Below, piece by piece: positions 51,760 through 64,000 of a stretch of 64,000 bases of DNA. Position 1 is the first letter of the stretch, and each line of letters begins with the position of its first letter. Source of the DNA: Paraspadella gotoi. Its lineage: Eukaryota > Animalia > Chaetognatha. The notes under the pieces were generated by a model. That model was given only the letters and a program-made list of their open reading frames with translations, did no database searches and had not been told where the DNA came from. Location: positions 11,762,883 to 11,826,882 of the forward strand of contig CM119269.1 of the NCBI GenBank assembly GCA_051294375.1, read 5' to 3'. The translations under genes were made by a program, and so were the position numbers.

Positions 51760-52896
51760 GTGAGTTGCGACGGCGTTCTTAATTCTTTTCGATTTAATAC
51801 GAAAACTACCTTTCCTCTTGATTAACTACCTTAATCTTAATATTATTTAAATATAGTATTCGAAGCGTAGCGTCTCCTTTTTCCAGGGATGAAATAATTC
51901 TTCTATTTTGATGTCCAATGTGCTGATATTTTAACATAAAGTTCAGATCCTTGTATTTTGACCTAGTGCGGAGTACAATAAGTATTCTCCGATCTAATAC
52001 TTAAGGGAGTGGTCTTTTCATACAATTGAAACATTCTTTGAAATATTTTCACTTCATTGATAGGGAAGCCAGGTACTCTGGGAGTGAATAAACAGACTGT
52101 GAGAAAGTCTGATTGAAAGCTTGCAGGGACCTGCTATGTCATTATCTTGGAAAGTGATGGAGGCCTTAAACCACCAAAGCCTGTCCAAAGTCAGGGGCAA
52201 GATAGCTTATTTATTAAATGAATGGATAATTTTTATATAGGTTGTTACCAATTTCATTAAATAGTCTAAACGTAGGTCTATTGCCCACTGGGTTAAATTC
52301 AAAATCGGATTATTGTAAACCACTTAAAAATAGGCCTAAATTTTTTAAAAAAAAGTTTCATAACTTGGTCATATTTAGTGTTCCGATAACCGTTAAAAGT
52401 TAATGGTTATAAACGGTTAATTATAATTTAACTTAACCATTAATGTATTTATTTTAACGGCTAAATTCGGTTAATTTTCAAATACGATTTTTTATTATTT
52501 TTTTAGGAAATCTTTTATTTTTTGAAGAAAAGTATTTTTTTCCTGTCCTCTCTTTATTCCACTCCTCTCCCTTTCTCGCCATATTTTCCCCCTCTCTCTT
52601 TTTCTCCATTTTTTCAATGTTTTTTTTTCCTTTTTTATTATCAACCCCAATCTTTTTTCTATCCTAATCTCTTTTAGTCTTTCTTCCCCTAACTTTATAC
52701 CCTTCTGTTCCTTTCTTTTTCTTTCTCTCTTTTCCCCTCCTTCTTTCCCCCCTTTTACTGGAGTTTAAATCTATCATTTAAAAGGCGCCAAGCCATCTGC
52801 AGTTTTAAAGCATAACTCTTACTTTTGGTTGAAAACAAAAGGCATCGAAATCTGATTTAAAGTTATAAGAATCGATTTTATCAGGGGAAAAATCAG

Positions 52897-52975
52897 GCTG
52901 ACTGGTTGGCAAAGAGTTGTAACTCGATGCTGATCAGTCCTGAGTTCGAAGGTTCGAATCCCAGGTGGGGGATAA
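52897..52975 (+). mobile_element. tRNA-derived SINE head (mirror copy ~58190-58267)
   Basis: B box GGTTCGAATCCC; no intact cloverleaf. Confidence 0.5.
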
Positions 52976-53011
52976 TTATTTCTGTAAAAGATTTAATTAT
53001 TTCAGATGGCC

Positions 53012-53418
53012 ATAAACCAACTCAACCCTAACCCTAAACCATCTCAACCCTAACCCTAATCTGAGTTTAGTTTAGGCAAAATCGCCATAACTATAATGCT
53101 AAATGTAGTTCAGTGCTAAATTGTCAAATTGCGACTTAGCCATGACCATGATAGGCAGGGCGAATGAGGAGTTAGGAATTTAGTAGGGTGGTGCTTATAA
53201 TTTGAGCCTCTGTGTATATTTGATTGGCAGGGTGAATGAGGAGTTAGGGAATTTTGCAGGGTGGTGCTTTTAATTCGAGCCTCTGTGTAACCCCCTCGTC
53301 ATTTTGCGATTTAGCTGTGAACTACATTTAGCATTCTAGTTATGGCGATTTCGCCTAAACAATACTCAGATTAGGGTTAGGGTTGAGTAGTTTTGGGTTA
53401 GGGTTGAGTTATGTTTAT
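53012..53418. mobile_element. Foldback element with telomeric-repeat termini (mirror copy ~57743-58150)
   Basis: ~100-bp inverted arms starting AACTCAACCCTAACCCTAA and ending TTAGGGTTAGGGTTGAG...GGGTTAGGGTTGAGTT. Confidence 0.8.
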
Positions 53419-53489
53419 TTTAGGCTTAATATTAATGTCAATTTTAGGAATAGGGGTCGGGAGGTATTTGTTGATGACTAGGAGACCCG

Positions 53490-53990
53490 CGTTAGGGTTA
53501 GGCTTAGGGAAGGTACTGACAAAGGACATTAGGTTGAGGCACGGAGATGTACGGAGGCCTGAGCCCGGTTTAGGTTAGGGTTGGGAGAGAGGCCCGTGGG
53601 TTATATATCCAAGGCGATTAGGGTTAGGGTTGAGGTACGAGACGCTACGGGAGGCCGGGCCTGGGTTAGGGTTAGCGGAGAGGCATGGAGTTGGGTTAGG
53701 GTTGGGGGAGGGGCCCATGGTTGATGCATCGAAGGCGGTTAGGGTTAGGGTTGAGGCACGGAGATGTACAGGAGGGGCCAGGCCTGGGTTAGGGTTAGGG
53801 GAGAGGCACAGAGTTGAACGGGAGGCTCGGTTAGGGTTGAGTGTGGGCCCGTGGTTGATGCATAGAAGGCGGTTAGGATTAGGGTTGAGACACGGAGATG
53901 TACGGAAGGCCGAGGCCAAGGTTAGGATTAGGGGAGAGGCACAGAGTTGAACAGAGGTTTTTTAGGGTTAGGGTTGGGAGAGGAGCCCGT
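53490..53990 (+). repeat. Interstitial telomere-like satellite: GGTTAGGGTT(A/G) blocks separated by ~20-25-bp GC-rich spacers
   Basis: Seen directly; spacers recur in higher-order fashion; mirror copy ~57170-57675. Confidence 0.85.
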
Positions 53991-56900
53991 AGGTGATGTT
54001 CATCCCCGTGTTAGCTGCGCTTTTTATAATATTCGCTACTTTTATCACTGGCGAGGTCGCCAGTGGAGGTACTGGCGACATCGCCAAAGCCCTTGCGATA
54101 TCGCCATGGCGAAGTCGCCAACCAACTAGAACCACTTATTTTTTAATAATTTTTAAAAAAAAATTGTTATCAAACTTTGTAAATAGGTAATTTAAAACAA
54201 GTCTAACATAACTAAATAAAAAAATGAAATTAGTATATTTAACACCTCCGTTTTAATTATATATATATTTAATTGTCTTTAACATCTATCAAAAAGGTAA
54301 AAATGTGATCGATTTTGATGGGGTTTTTTTAACAGATAGAGTAGATGATAATTAACCCATCTAGGTTCAAATTGATTAATTTTAAGTTCTTAGCTGCGGA
54401 GGGGGTAAACAGGAGTGTTAAACATACCTAATTATTATTTTTATTTTAATCTTGTCAAGCTTGTTCTATTTAACCTATTTACAAAGTTTGATAATAATTA
54501 AAAAAATAGACGATTGTTTTTAACATCTATTTAAAAGCACAAAATATGATCCAATTTGATGGGATTTTTTTTAACAGATAGAACCGATGATAATATGACC
54601 CGTCCAGGAAGTTTGTTCAAATTGATTAATTTAAGCGCTTGGCTGCGTACATTATTGACGAGCAACTTCAACATCATGAAAAGGGGTGCTAAACGTTATA
54701 AATTATTTTTTACAGATTCTTGTTAAGCCTGATTAAATGAACCTTCCTACCATGTTTTATAAAACTTTTTAAAAATAATTCAAAAGAAATCCTGATTTTC
54801 ATATTTTTAAGAGACGAACTACTTCAACATCCTTTAAGAAGGTGAAGATATGCTCCGATTTCAAAAAAAAAAATTAAAAATTCTTTAAATATCATAAAGA
54901 ATATACATATAAATTTTTATTCAATTCTATTGATAAATAAAAAAATGGCTGCACTTCATATGTTGACTAGACACTTCAATATCCTCAAATTACGTTGTTA
55001 AGAAGCTGTGTACCAAATTTTGTGCTGGTATCATAAAAATAACTATTCTTTTGCCTAACTTCCTTAAGGTCCGGGATCACTCAATTCAAATTATAATTAG
55101 GCAAACCGAGCTCGGATTCGAAAGGAGAGCTCCTGACGATTCCGAAAATGTATTACTTTACTATTATTTCAAAGGCGTTATCGTTTTTTTCGATTTTTTT
55201 TGTACATATAAAAATAAAAGAAACCTATTTGAAGAGTTGCAGCCCAAACGGTAAGGCGGTTCTCATGAAATTTGGCATGGATTACTTTTAGGTGACGAAC
55301 TCCAATTCTATGAAAAGATACTTTCAAAATTTGCCTTCCTTCATAGAAAATTCGATTATTTTAGTCAATTTTTGAGATAAATTCCTTGATATCTTTGAAA
55401 CAAAAAAACATTTTTCCAAAAACGCGCTCATAGAATCTCCCCCACCTTTCCTTTCTTCTAGAAGAGTCCTATGGTTTGAGCTGCAACTCTTCGTTTTAAC
55501 TTCACTTCGTCAAGAAAGTAAAATTCTGTACTCATTACTTTTGTAAGATTCACCACAACATACACAAGCACGGGATGTGATGATGGAGTTTGTTCAACGC
55601 CGATGTCTTAAAAAAATGGCTTACTGTTTTTAATTTTTTAATTCAGATTGGATTTTTTTTCAGANNNNNNNNNNNNNNNNNNNNNNNNNCAAACTTTGTA
55701 AATAGGTTAAATAGAACAAGCTTGACAAGATTAAAATAAAAATAATAAAATTAGGTATGTTTAACACTCCTGTTTACCCCCTCCGCAGCTAAGAACTTAA
55801 AATTAATCAATTTGAACCTAGATGGGTTAATTATCATCTACTCTATCTGTTAAAAAAACCCCATCAAAATCGGATCACATTTTTACCTTTTTGATAGATG
55901 TTAAAGACAATTAAATATATATATAATTAAAACCGGAGGTGTTAAATATACTAATTTCATTTTTTTATTTTAGTTATGTTAGACTTGTTTTAAATTACCT
56001 ATTTACAAAGTTTGATAACAATTTTTTTTTAAAAATTATTAAAAAATAAGTGGTTCTAGTTGGTNNNNNNNNNNTCCCGGACCTTAAGGAAGTTAGGCAA
56101 AAGAATAGTTATTTTTATGATACCAGCACCAAATTTGGTACACAGCTTCTTAACAACGTAATTTGAGGATATTGAAGTGTCTAGTCAACATATGAAGTGC
56201 AGCCATTTTTTTATTTATCAATAGAATTGAATAAAAATTTATATGTATATTCTTTATGATATTTAAAGAATTTTTAATTTTTTTTTTTGAAATCGGAGCA
56301 TATCTTCACCTTCTTAAAGGATGTTGAAGTAGTTCGTCTCTTAAAAATATGAAAATCAGGATTTCTTTTGAATTATTTTTTAAAAGTTTATAAAACATGG
56401 TAGGAAGGTTCATTTAATCAGGCTTAACAAGAATCTGTAAAAAATAATTTATAACGTTTAGCACCCCTCTTCATGATGTTGAAGTTGCTCGTCAATAATG
56501 TACGCAGCCAAGCGCTTAAAATTAATCAATTTGAACAAACTTCCTGGACGGGTCAATTATCATCGGTTCTATCTGTTAAAAAAAATCCCATCAAAATTGG
56601 ATCATATTTTGGCCTTTTAAATAGATGTTAAAAACAATCGTCTAATTTTTTTAATTATTATCAAACTTTGTAAATAGGTTAAATAGAACAAGCTTGACAA
56701 GATTAAAATAAAAATAATAAAATTAGGTATGTTTAACACTCCTGTTTACCCCCTCCGCAGCTAAGAACTTAAAATTAATCAATTTGAACCTAGATGGGTT
56801 AATTATCATCTACTCTATCTGTTAAAAAAACCCCATCAAAATCGGATCACATTTTTACCTTTTTGATAGATGTTAAAGACAATTAAATATATATATAATT

Positions 56901-59409
56901 AAAACCGGAGGTGTTAAATATACTAATTTCATTTTTTTATTTTAGTTATGTTAGACTTGTTTTAAATTACCTATTTACAAAGTTTGATAACAATTTTTTT
57001 TTAAAAATTATTAAAAAATAAGTGGTTCTAGTTGGTTGGCGACTTCGCCATGGCGATATCGCAAGGGCTTTGGCGATGTCGCCAGTACCTCCACTGGCGA
57101 CCTCGCCAGTGATAAAAGTAGCGAATATTATAAAAAGCGCAGCTAACACGGGGATGAACATCACCTACGGGCTCCTCTCCCAACCCTAACCCTAAACCAA
57201 ACCTCCTGTTCAACTCTGTGCCTCTCCCCTAATCCTAACCTTGGCCTCGGCCTTCCGTACATCTCCGTGTCTCAACCCTAATCCTAACCGCCTTCTATGC
57301 ATCAACCACGGGCCCCACACTCAACCCTAAACCGAGCCTCCCGTTCAACTCTGTGCCTCTCCCCTAACCCTAACCCAGGCCTGGGCCTCCTGTACATCTC
57401 CGTGCCTCAACCCTAACCCTAACCGCCTTCGATGCATCAACCATGGGCCCCTCCCCCAACCCTAACCCAACTCCATGCCTCTCCGCTAACCCTAACCCAG
57501 GCCCGGCCTCCCGTACGTCTCGTACCTCAACCCTAACCCTAATCGCCTTGGATATATAACCCACGGGCCTCTCTCCCAACCCTAACCCTAAACCGGGCTC
57601 AGGCCTCCCGTACATCTCCGTGCCTCAACCCTAATGTCCTTTGTCAGTACCTTCCCTAAGCCTAACCCTAACGCGGGTCTCCTAGTCATCAACAATACCC
57701 TCCCGACCCCTATTCCTAAAATTGACATTAATATTAAGCCTAAAATAAACATAACTCAACCCTAACCCTAAACTACTCAACCCTAACCCTAATCTGAGTA
57801 TTGTTTAGGCGAAATCGCCATAACTAGAATGCTAAATGTAGTTCACAGCTAAATCGCAAAATGACGAGGGGGTTACACAGAGGCTCGAATTAAAAGCACC
57901 ACCCTGCAAAATTCCCTAACTCCTCATTCACCCTGCCAATCAAATATACACAGAGGCTCAAATTATAAGCACCACCCTACTAAATTCCTAACTCCTCATT
58001 CGCCCTGCCTATCATGGTCATGGCTAAGTCGCAATTTGACAATTTAGCACTGAACTACATTTAGCATTATAGTTATGGCGATTTTGCCTAAACTAAACTC
58101 AGATTAGGGTTAGGGTTGAGATGGTTTAGGGTTAGGGTTGAGTTGGTTTATGGCCATCTGAAATAATTAAATCTTTTACAGAAATAATTATCCCCCACCT
58201 GGGATTCGAACCTTCGAACTCAGGACTGATCAGCATCGAGTTACAACTCTTTGCCAACCAGTCAGCCTGATTTTTCCCCTGATAAAATCGATTCTTATAA
58301 CTTTAAATCAGATTTCGATGCCTTTTGTTTTCAACCAAAAGTAAGAGTTATGCTTTAAAACTGCAGATGGCTTGGCGCCTTTTAAATGATAGATTTAAAC
58401 TCCAGTAAAAGGGGGGAAAGAAGGAGGGGAAAAGAGAGAAAGAAAAAGAAAGGAACAGAAGGGTATAAAGTTAGGGGAAGAAAGACTAAAAGAGATTAGG
58501 ATAGAAAAAAGATTGGGGTTGATAATAAAAAAGGAAAAAAAAACATTGAAAAAATGGAGAAAAGAGAGAGGGGGGAAAATATGGCGAGAAAGGGAGAGGA
58601 GTGGAATAAGAGAGGACAGGAAAAAAATACTTTTCTTTCAAAAAATAAAAGATTTCCTAAAAAATAATAAAAAAATCGTATTTGAAAATTAACCGAATTT
58701 AGCCGTTAAAATAAATACATTAATGGTTAAGTTAAAATTATAATTAACCGTTTATAACCATTAACTTTTAACGGTTATCGGAACACTAAATATGACCAAG
58801 TTATGAAACTTTTTTTTAAAAAATTTAGGCCTATTTTTAAGTGGTTTACAATAATCCGATTTTGAATTTAAACCCAGTGGGCAATAGACCTACGTTTAGA
58901 CTATTTTATGAAATTGGTACAACCTATATAAAAATTATCCATTCATTTAATAAATAAGCTATCTTGCCCCTGACTTTGGACAGGCTTTGGTGGTTTAAGG
59001 CCTCCATCACTTTTCCAAGATAATGACATAGCAGGTCCCTGCAAGCTTTCAATCAAGACTTTCTCACAGTCTCGTTTATTCACTCCCAGAGTACCTGGCT
59101 TCCCTATCAATGAAGTGGAAAATATTTCAAAGAATGTTTCAATTGTATGAAAAGACCACTCCCTTAAGTATTAGATCGGAGAATACTTATTGTACTCCGC
59201 ACTAGGATCAAAATACAAGGATCTGAACTTTATGTTAAAATATCAGCACATTGGACATCAAAATAGAAGAATTATTTCATCCCTGGAAAAAGGAGACGCT
59301 ACGCTTCGAATACTATATTTAAATAATATTAAGATTAAGGTAGTTAATCAAGAGGAAAGGTAGTTTTCGTATTAAATCGAAAAGAATTAAGAACGCCGTC
59401 GCAACTCAC

Positions 59410-60026
59410 CTTCCGTCTCGTGATGGGTGAGGCAAAGATCCATCGGCGGCGGCGGCGCGATGGAAAGCGGCGCCGACGAGGCCGCGCCCGCTGAAATCAT
59501 GTGACACCAAAATTTTTTGATTCTGCCCTTACCCATTTTTTTTTAGAATTGACGTCAACGAACTCACCTCGACGAGAATCCATCCCCGCAACAGGAAGGG
59601 AACCGTTCATCGGTCCGGGTCCCGCGTCGTTGGCTGTCATCATCGTAGGTGGCGTCGTCGTCGTCATTCCAGATGGTGCTTCGATGCTCAAAAGCTGACG
59701 AACTTCCGGTTTGTAATACATGCGAGCCGGGTCGTACCTTTTTTAATTAATTCGTTTAAATTAATTAATTAGATAGATTGATCAATTAAATAATTAAATT
59801 AGTGATTTTAATAAATTTCGCTAGAAAGTGTCACAACTTAACAAAAGAGCATCGATTAGCCGACTCCTTCCTTCGTCTTCTCTTACATTGCGATGGCTCT
59901 GACGGGAGCCATGGGTTCCATCGGTCGCAAGATCTCTCCGAAGGAAGGCTCTTGGACGATCGGTTGCGGATTTTGCAGCGTCTCGTCGACATCCTCGTAC
60001 CTCATACCCGTCTGCAGTTCATCCAT
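59410..60026 (-). CDS. 5' exons of the same unknown gene (copy 2)
   Basis: Reverse complement of 51144-51759. Confidence 0.65.
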
Positions 60027-60523
60027 GACGCCGAAGCCGCCGAAAAAATCCGCGTATAAGTTGTAGGCCTCCACGGGAAGGATGCTGAGGATCGAGTTGA
60101 GGACAAATTCAAGGTTTTATCACGTCCATGTGTTATTTTTTAATAAAGCATCGTTCATTCACAAATAGTACAAGGAGATCGCTCAGCTGCGGACGATTTA
60201 ATTTAGTGTACAAATAATTTTTCATTTAAAAAAAATATTTGGTTTACGTTTGAGAAGAAAATAAACATTTTTAAACAAATAGCTAAAGAATAAATAAATG
60301 ATACAAAGTCGTGGACATGAATGTATATTTTATTAAATGAAATTAATAACCTTTTCATTATCGGCATAAAATACATTATCTTCGGCAGACACAAAATCTC
60401 TTGGTTTCTCAAGATGGCGACGACGATCTTTCGCGCGGCTGATTTCGCTTTTAACTGAAGGGGGAAAAGGATTAATATTAATTAATTAATAATTTTCAAA
60501 ATGGATTTGATATCAGTTCCTAC

Positions 60524-62485
60524 TGCGGGTAATAATTTAGGAAACTTTTGATGGACGCCTTGAAAGAAATCAGTATTGAGCAAATAGGGGCAGACGATGG
60601 TCGTGCGAAGCCCTAAGAACAAAAAAATTCAATCAGTTTTAATTCATTCATTCATACCTCTCTTATTCATTAATTAATTCATTAATTCATTCATTTCTTA
60701 AAATTATCATCCGGTCACCAATACAAATACAATTGATTGCACCATTTCTTGCAGCGGGATTTTCTTTGCCGATAAGATAGAAGGCAGCCCTTAAGCTTTC
60801 ATCCAATCCGACTTGACCGAATTTAGAGACGCAATAGTCGGCTATTCTGTCGGCAGCTACGAGGCCCAGAACCGAGGATATCGTGACGACGTGTCCCCGG
60901 CCCTTCTCGAGCATATGGGGCAAGAATGCCTGTCGGGATAGAGGGGCAGTCTACGAAAAATACTGGTATAAAGACGATTGTTTCTATTTATTTTTATAAT
61001 TGTATGAAATTGGTACAACCAATATAAAAATTATCCCTTTTATTATTCATATTGATAAAAAGCTATCTTGCCCCTGACTTTGGACAGGCTTTGGTGGTTT
61101 AAGGCCTCCATCACTCTTACAAGATAATGACATAGCAGGTCCCTGCAAGCTTCCAATCAAGACTCTCTCACAGTCTTGTTTATTCACTCCCAGAGTACCT
61201 GGCTTCCCTATCAATGAAGTGGAAAATATTTCAAAGAATGTTTCAATTGTATGAGAGGACCACTCCCTTAAGTATTAGATCAGGGAATACTTATTGTACT
61301 CTGCACTAGCATCAAAATACAAGTAGCTGAATTTTATGAAATTGGTACAACCAATATAAAAATTATCCATTCATTTAATAAATAAGCTATTTGCCCGTGA
61401 CTTTGGACAGGCTTTGGTGGTTTAAGGCCTCCATCACTCTTACAAGATAATGACATAGCAGGTCCCTGCAAGCTTTCAATCAAGACTCTCTCACAGTCTT
61501 GTTTATTTACATCCAATTTATTACTACCATGATGGAAAAAAAAATTGTCGCGGTTACTTTCCAGCTATTTTTCGCCATTTTAATGTGAGAATTAAAAAAT
61601 AAAATTTAAGATAAATAAAAAATATAAGAGTTCCATGCAAAAAAGTTGCCTAAAAAATGCTTTCTTCTTTTTTATCTATTTCATATCTACACTTTTCATT
61701 TATACTAATTTCCGGTTATTTTTTATTACTTTTTAAGTTAAACCGTTACTATTAAAAATCCATTACTTTTCTCAGTCTCATGTCAAAAAGTTATTGCATC
61801 ATCTTTATTTGGATAGATTCAGGGATAAATCTTAATTCATATGTCAAAAAAATACATTAATGCTGTAGATGCTCCAAAATATTTTTTTTTATATTGTAAA
61901 GTATCAATAAAAGTTATAATGCTCTAGGTAACCTTTCTATGAGCAAATTTATTATTTTTATTTACTTCTGGATGTATTATCAGAACAAAATATCAAACAG
62001 GTCCAAAAAAAGGAAAAATCAAAATTTTGTTGATATTATGCAACAATCAACTCAAGCCTGGTTTACTTTATAGGGGATCAATCTTTTTCACTGCTTTCCA
62101 AGGATCATTTTTTGCCCTAAATCTGATAAAAAATATTATGCCAGAGATATAATATTAACAATAATGTGAGTTGTCCTCTTGATAAAAAGAGGTGAAAACA
62201 GTTGGAGATAACCTTTTTTAGAATATTTGATTGTATTAAATAATTTTATGCTGTAAAGAAATATTTTTTTTATTTAGTCCTAGGGAGGTCAGATTACATA
62301 TTAAACCTATTTACCGGCCAAAAATATATTTGACAATGAAATTAACCGACTTTTCCAAACCGCGACAATTTTTTTTCCATCATGGTATTAATTATCATAA
62401 TTAATTAACCTGTATCGTCCAAAAGTTTGAAACCAGATTAACGTCAATCGTCCGCTTCAGTTCTGATTCAGAAATCTCGTCCAAT
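60524..62485 (-). CDS. Short-chain dehydrogenase/reductase, SDR16C-like (RDH10/SDR16C5/17beta-HSD11 group), internal exons
   Basis: Exons 62485-62410 (LDEISESELKRTIDVNLVSNFWTIQ), 60929-60743 (AFLPHMLEKGRGHVVTISSVLGL...DYCVSKFG with catalytic S and YxxxK; alternative donor near 60719), 60612-60524 (GLRTTIVCPYLLNTDFFQG...LLPA). N-terminal exons probably lie beyond the window end. Confidence 0.88.
61004..61510. repeat. ~330-bp dispersed repeat, here 1.5 tandem units
   Basis: ATGAAATTGGTACAACC...GGACAGGCTTTGGTGG...; other copies at ~16047-16295, ~51935-52258 (inverted) and ~58907-59232. Confidence 0.85.
61525..62387. mobile_element. MITE with ~30-bp TIRs
   Basis: TACCATGATGGAAAAAAAAATTGTCGCGGTT / AACCGCGACAATTTTTTTTCCATCATGGTA. 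Confidence 0.85.
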
Positions 62486-62538
62486 CTGCATAAATAAATA
62501 GATATATAAATAAATAATACAAACAAATAAATAAACTA

Positions 62539-63483
<945 letters not shown>

Positions 63484-64000
63484 TATTATAAAACAAGATG
63501 AAATAAACATAAGTACCATGATGGAAAAAATTTCTTCATTTTAAAGTAAGAATCGAAAAATAAAATTTAGATATCGAAAAACTTCGCTTAACCGTTAAAA
63601 CTAACATTTTTAACGGTTAACCGTTAAAATCGGTTAATTTTATAATTCAACTTTAAATTTAAAATACTAATATTTAAAACAAACACATTATAGTTAGTAA
63701 AAGAAAAATTGATTTGAGCAAACTATCTTGAAATTACCCATGATAATTGAGCTTATCAGCTAAACTAAGTTTTTTTTCTTTTGCCTTAAGCAATAAGCAT
63801 AATACAAATATAAAAAAGTCAAAGAAAGAAAAAGCACAATTTAATTCTAATTTTATATTAAGTTTTCTCGTTCTCTCTTTCTCGTTCTCTCTTTCGCTTT
63901 CTGTTTTTCTTTCTCTATTTCTCTTCCTCATTAATTTTCTAGTTGTTAGTCTTTCATGAACCATGACCATAATTATAAATATAAAATATGAATATTAGTT

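Larger units (their letters stand above)
50648..60522. repeat. Large inverted duplication; arms 50648-55076 and 56075-60522
   Basis: The arms are reverse complements differing mainly by homopolymer indels; the ORF track shows mirrored peptides; two gaps lie in the spacer. Confidence 0.95.

Noticed and set aside
53490-53990. CRISPR-like repeat-spacer appearance
   Set aside because: Repeats are telomeric hexamers, spacers recur, the context is eukaryotic and there are no cas genes.
55690-56064. Third copy of part of the inverted arm
   Set aside because: Small gap-bounded contig matching 56663-57035; likely an assembly artefact.

Overview
AT-rich, intron-containing eukaryotic DNA, probably an invertebrate animal (TTAGGG-type repeats, GT-AG introns, draft assembly with N gaps and homopolymer indels). 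Genes I could reconstruct by hand: a minus-strand SLC17 (sialin-like) transporter with 10 frame-consistent exons that runs off the window start; a frameshifted 1.8-kb multi-pass membrane ORF; a spliced orphan gene at 34.7-37.6 kb; the 5' part of an unknown gene present twice in a ~9.9-kb inverted duplication; and three exons of an SDR16C-type dehydrogenase that stop at the duplication junction. The rest is mostly nested mobile DNA: hAT-type and TA-flanked MITEs, DINE-1/Helentron-like elements, tRNA-derived SINEs, Gypsy integrase and BEL/Pao gag remnants, Penelope-type minimal hammerhead motifs and a foldback element with telomeric-repeat ends. The best novelty candidate is a ~660-bp non-coding LTR retrotransposon (TRIM) family whose LTRs each embed a tRNA-Gly-like cloverleaf, a possible tRNA analogue of the 5S-bearing plant Cassandra elements. 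All calls come from manual reading; no database searches were run.
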